Positions 62,283-64,000 of a DNA stretch of 64,000 bases are shown one piece after another. Below the pieces are notes generated by a model that made no database searches, was not told the DNA's origin, and saw only the letters and a list, made by a program, of their open reading frames with translations. The stretch is from Vicugna vicugna (Eukaryota), in the NCBI GenBank assembly GCA_013265495.1, contig MU057416.1:180545-244544 (forward strand), in the 5' to 3' direction. The stretch's first letter is position 1, and every line of letters starts with the position of its first letter. Made by a program: the position numbers and the translations under genes.

Positions 62283-62435
62283 ATCGAGTATGCCTCAATG
62301 AGACTAAACACACATACACTCTGAGAAATCTGAAACCTTTTACAGAATATAATGTAACAGTACATGCCTTTGTCAATGGATCCGTGTTTCGTCCCGGAGC
62401 TGATGCGAAATGTGCATTTAAAACAGATTCCGCAC
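62283..62435 (+). CDS. PTPRC: PTPRC exon 13, 153 nt, second half of FN3 d3: DRVCLNETKHTYTLRNLKPFTEYNVTVHAFVNGSVFRPGADAKCAFKTDSA
   Basis: Long pyrimidine tract ending in a GAG acceptor, CAC|GTAAGT donor. CLN…Y.L.NLKP.T.Y…HA…C.F.T.SA pattern. Start could alternatively be 62289 (second in-frame GAG). Confidence 0.9.
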
Positions 62436-63157
62436 GTAAGTTATAGGCGTCGGTGCTTTTTCCTGTGAATGGCAAGGAGGAGCGCGCAGCACGTCCACCT
62501 CCGTGCTTCATTTGGGAAACATACTAATCTGGCACATAGGTTGACATCCAGGGTTTATGATCATTTAAAATACAACCATTTAAAACCCCGCATGCTGGGT
62601 TCTCTGTATTCTTCAGAAGTAATCACTGTAAGCATGCAGTACAAAAGTTTATGGACTGGCACAATTTATAAGATTTCAGGCAATTAAGTACCTAATCATG
62701 TTAGATAAAAATACATTACCTATTTTTATTTCCTTATTGTCTGGAAATATTGACTACTGTCAGTCAACTTAATAACGTCTCACTCACAAAGCATCCCCTT
62801 GCTAACGTCTGCTCACCTGGCAAAACACCTCATAAATTATAGTATTTTGTTGGCACTTTCTGCTCTGTTACAGTGAACTACCTACTATTTTATTTTATGT
62901 CATCTTTTACATTCATTTGGCTCTTGCCACCTGTATGATGGCTCCGTGGATTTTTGGTCCAAAAGTGGGTCTGTCTCTGAGGTCGTTGTTAATTCAATTG
63001 GATCAGGGAAGAAGAAACGCCCTTGAGTAAGGCAGCAGCTTTCAGCTCCAGGGACCCTAACTGGCACCAGCTCACAAAGAAAAATTGTCCTGTGCAGGGC
63101 TGGGCACTGAATGCTCTTAATATCATTTAGGTTCTGGTTTCAAAAGTCTAGGTCCTC

Positions 63158-63697
63158 TGTCAGTTCATCCACATTGCTGCAAATGGCATTATTTCATTCT
63201 TTTTTATGGCTACCTGTGTCTTGGCTATTGTATGTGGTGCTACTATGAGCATTGGGGTCCATGTATCTTTTCAAATTAGAGTTTTCATCTAGAGATTATC
63301 ATACTAAGTGAGATCGGTCACACAGAGAAAGACAAATATCATTAATCACTTATATGTAAAATCTATAAAAATGATACAAATGCACTTATTTACTAGACAG
63401 AAACAGACTCACAGGCATGGAAAACAAACGTATGGTTACCAAAGGAGAAAGGTGGGGAGGGGTAAATTAGGAGTTTCGGATTAACAGATACACACTACTA
63501 GATATCAAATCGATAAACAAGGACCTACTGTGTAGCACAGAGAACTATATTCAGTATCTTGTAATAAACCATAATGGAAAATAATCTGAAAAAGACTATC
63601 TGTATACATATCTATATGACTGAATCACTTTGCTGTGCACCTGAAACTAACACAACATTGTAAATCAAGTCTACTCCAATAAAAAGATAAATAAAAA
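63158..63697 (+). mobile_element. 5'-inverted (twin-primed) truncated L1 insertion with TSD
   Basis: Antisense L1 segment (about 63158-63288), then sense 3' UTR ending in AATAAA/A tail. TSD AAAAGTCTAGGTCCTC (63142-63157) / AAAAGTCCAGGTCTTC (63694-63709). Confidence 0.88.
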
Positions 63698-64000
63698 GTC
63701 CAGGTCTTCAAGCTCTATGCTTTTGTTATGTTCCTGAGTTTCTGTGCTATCACAGAAGCAAAGACAATTCATTGCTTCTGCTAAAGAATCCAGCCAGGTA
63801 GCTGTTCACCAGGGTCATGTAAGCACTTCCAGAAAGGAGGACCTGGGCGGTCTGCAGGCCTTTGGGGTTTCCCAACCTCCCTCTGTCCCCTCCCCACACT
63901 CCCCTGTTTTCTCTCTATTCTCTATTTCCACACACGCCCCTTAAGGGAACTGCAAACACTCTCATGATTTCAAGTACCACTTAGGTGCTAATATTTACTG

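Larger units (their letters stand above)
39558..62435 (+). other. PTPRC: PTPRC (CD45) gene segment, exons 3-13 (partial; signal-peptide exon upstream and TM/phosphatase exons downstream lie outside the window)
   Basis: Ten phase-1/phase-1 exons with AG...GT boundaries join into one frame: an S/T/P-rich mucin stalk followed by Cys-rich and FN3 domains. Motifs match CD45 (SDP.P..TTAFSPAS, PGER.TA.T.P.D, KPAC, LEVPP, ITYKFQCG, LEPE, TDFG, W.PP.R..H.FTLCY, NLKPFT.Y). Exon sizes 27/198/144/27/219/120 nt match the human exons as I recall them. Confidence 0.97.

Noticed and set aside
1..64000. CRISPR arrays, operons, prophage or other prokaryotic systems
   Set aside because: The sequence is mammalian intron/exon DNA with SINEs and LINEs; no regularly spaced repeat-spacer structure or dense coding is present.

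Overview
This is eukaryotic (mammalian) genomic DNA, very probably from a camelid (alpaca/llama/camel), judged from several copies of a tRNA-derived Vic-1-type SINE and cetartiodactyl-type L1 3' ends. The window lies inside PTPRC (CD45, receptor-type tyrosine phosphatase C) on the + strand. Positions 1-39557 are the distal part of the very long intron 2. They are followed by exon 3, variable exon 4 (A), a heavily degenerated GC-rich relic at the position of variable exon 5 (B), variable exon 6 (C), and exons 7-13, which encode the mucin-like stalk and the Cys-rich/FN3 domains d1-d3. All intact exons are phase 1-1, have AG/GT boundaries and join in one open frame. The signal-peptide exon, the transmembrane exon and the phosphatase exons are outside the window. 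Almost all entries of the ORF track are spurious. I see no prokaryote-style novel system (no CRISPR, operon or novel gene). The most interesting signals are: (1) apparent loss of CD45 exon B, with both splice sites destroyed by AT->GC substitutions while its CTCF motif survives; (2) ancient repeats turned into CpG-rich patches, suggesting GC-biased gene conversion; (3) an N-glycosylation sequon created only by the CD45RO splice; (4) a lost cysteine in domain d3; (5) cryptic or unusual splice sites; (6) candidate haematopoietic enhancers and CTCF sites in the introns. Comparisons with human and mouse CD45 and with repeat consensus sequences are from memory and need alignment to confirm.
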